NCBI GenBank assembly: GCA_018303625.1
Contig: JAGVXV010000003.1
Location: 1-57,082 of the forward strand
Direction of reading: 5' to 3'
DNA length: 57,082 nucleotides
Source: Candidatus Woesearchaeota archaeon
GTDB lineage: Archaea > Nanobdellota > Nanobdellia > Woesearchaeales > GW2011-AR4
Part shown: positions 56,353 to 57,082 of the stretch, piece after piece
How positions within the stretch are numbered: position 1 is the first letter of the stretch
How the letters are laid out: each line of letters opens with the position of its first letter
The notes under the pieces: generated by a model
Databases searched by the model: none
What the model was told of the DNA's origin: nothing
What the model saw: only the letters and a program-made list of their open reading frames with translations
Translations under genes and position numbers: made by a program

Positions 56353-57082
56353 CTATCTTAATACCTTTTCAACCACCAATCCATAAACAGCCGCATGAAT
56401 ATTGTAATTTTTGTATTCTTCGGAAAAAGCCAATAAGATGCTTTCTGCCATTTTCTTGAATTCATCGTTGTTTTTGATTTTTGACAATCTATCTCAATAA
56501 ATTCTCTGCTGCTATGGAATTCTCAATAATAGGCTTGTCCCTGAATTTCAAAAAGCCGATGTCATCTTTTGCCTCAATCTTGTCAAAAAATGCACCGTCC
56601 TTCTCATCAAAAAAGTTTTTTATTGCAAAATCATTCAGCTTTTCAGCAAATTCAAGGTAGTAATTGTCTTTTGCGGCTTCAAAAGCGTCCAGCAGGGCTT
56701 TGATAAAATAAACATTATCTGCTAAAATCCCCGGCAAGAACTTGTTTTTTCCGTCAAAGTAATGGAACATTCCAAAATTCTCATCATATGAGTTTTTTAT
56801 GAGAAATTTTATTGTCTTTAATGCAAATTCCTTGTAAAAATTGTCCTTTAAAACATTATAGGCTTCAAAAAACGTGCCCAGCATCATTGAATTAAAGTCC
56901 GTGTAAATATTCCTGTCAATAAAGGGCTTTTTTAATTTTTTTCTTTCAGTTAAATTTAGTTTATAATACTCTTCGTCAGCATTCTGGCTGCCATAAAAGC
57001 CACCCTCAATGTTAATTAAATTATTTTTTAAATAATTAAAACACTTTGATGCTATTTCTTTGTAATTTTTGTTTTTTGTTAT
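56353..57082 (-). pseudogene. YyaL/SSP411-like (DUF255) protein, 3' part, frameshifted by a 4-bp duplication
   Basis: GGFYGSQNAD, FDEKDGAFFD, PIIENSIAAENLLR; ATCT x2 at 56487-56494; frame runs off window end. Confidence 0.8.

Noticed and set aside
1-57082. CRISPR array or rRNA
   Set aside because: No regularly spaced repeat-spacer array or rRNA-like sequence was seen.

Overview
Archaeal chromosomal fragment, most likely DPANN (Woesearchaeota-like). This assignment is inferred from intron-containing tRNAs, RFC-L, TrmB, archaeal ValRS, TATA-box promoters and GGAGG/GAGGTG ribosome-binding sites. The window has four blocks. (1) 1-18.2 kb is a copper/thiol-redox island. It holds a C-terminally truncated CopA, DUF411/CopG, an orphan CuA-type cupredoxin, rhodanese, OsmC, DoxX, a triple-CxxC protein, PadR, two membrane-anchored wHTH regulators, bacterial-type lgt and four membrane-tethered proteins that all end in MVGGC. 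(2) 19-34.2 kb encodes large secreted proteins: an S74 fibre protein, a metalloprotease and a PHP hydrolase that share a near-identical C-terminal module, and an Ig-repeat protein, plus an IS200/IS605 element inserted at a start codon. (3) 34.3-41.2 kb holds a DsbA/thioredoxin operon, a ZIP transporter, TrmB, an aminotransferase, a dienelactone hydrolase and ThiF. (4) 41.6-57 kb is mostly housekeeping: tRNA-Cys with two introns, cysS, valS, rfcL, glyS, SSB, tRNA-Phe, a type IV pilus-like ATPase/platform pair and a frameshifted YyaL-like gene. The best candidate for an undescribed system is a 'GGC-arm' regulon. Three operons encoding GGC-tipped surface proteins share a helically phased upstream box (GTTTA-N5-GTTCA) 67-69 bp from an ATATATA element, and a membrane wHTH protein with a C-x6-C loop is the candidate sensor. 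All functional interpretation is inference from sequence; no database searches were run.
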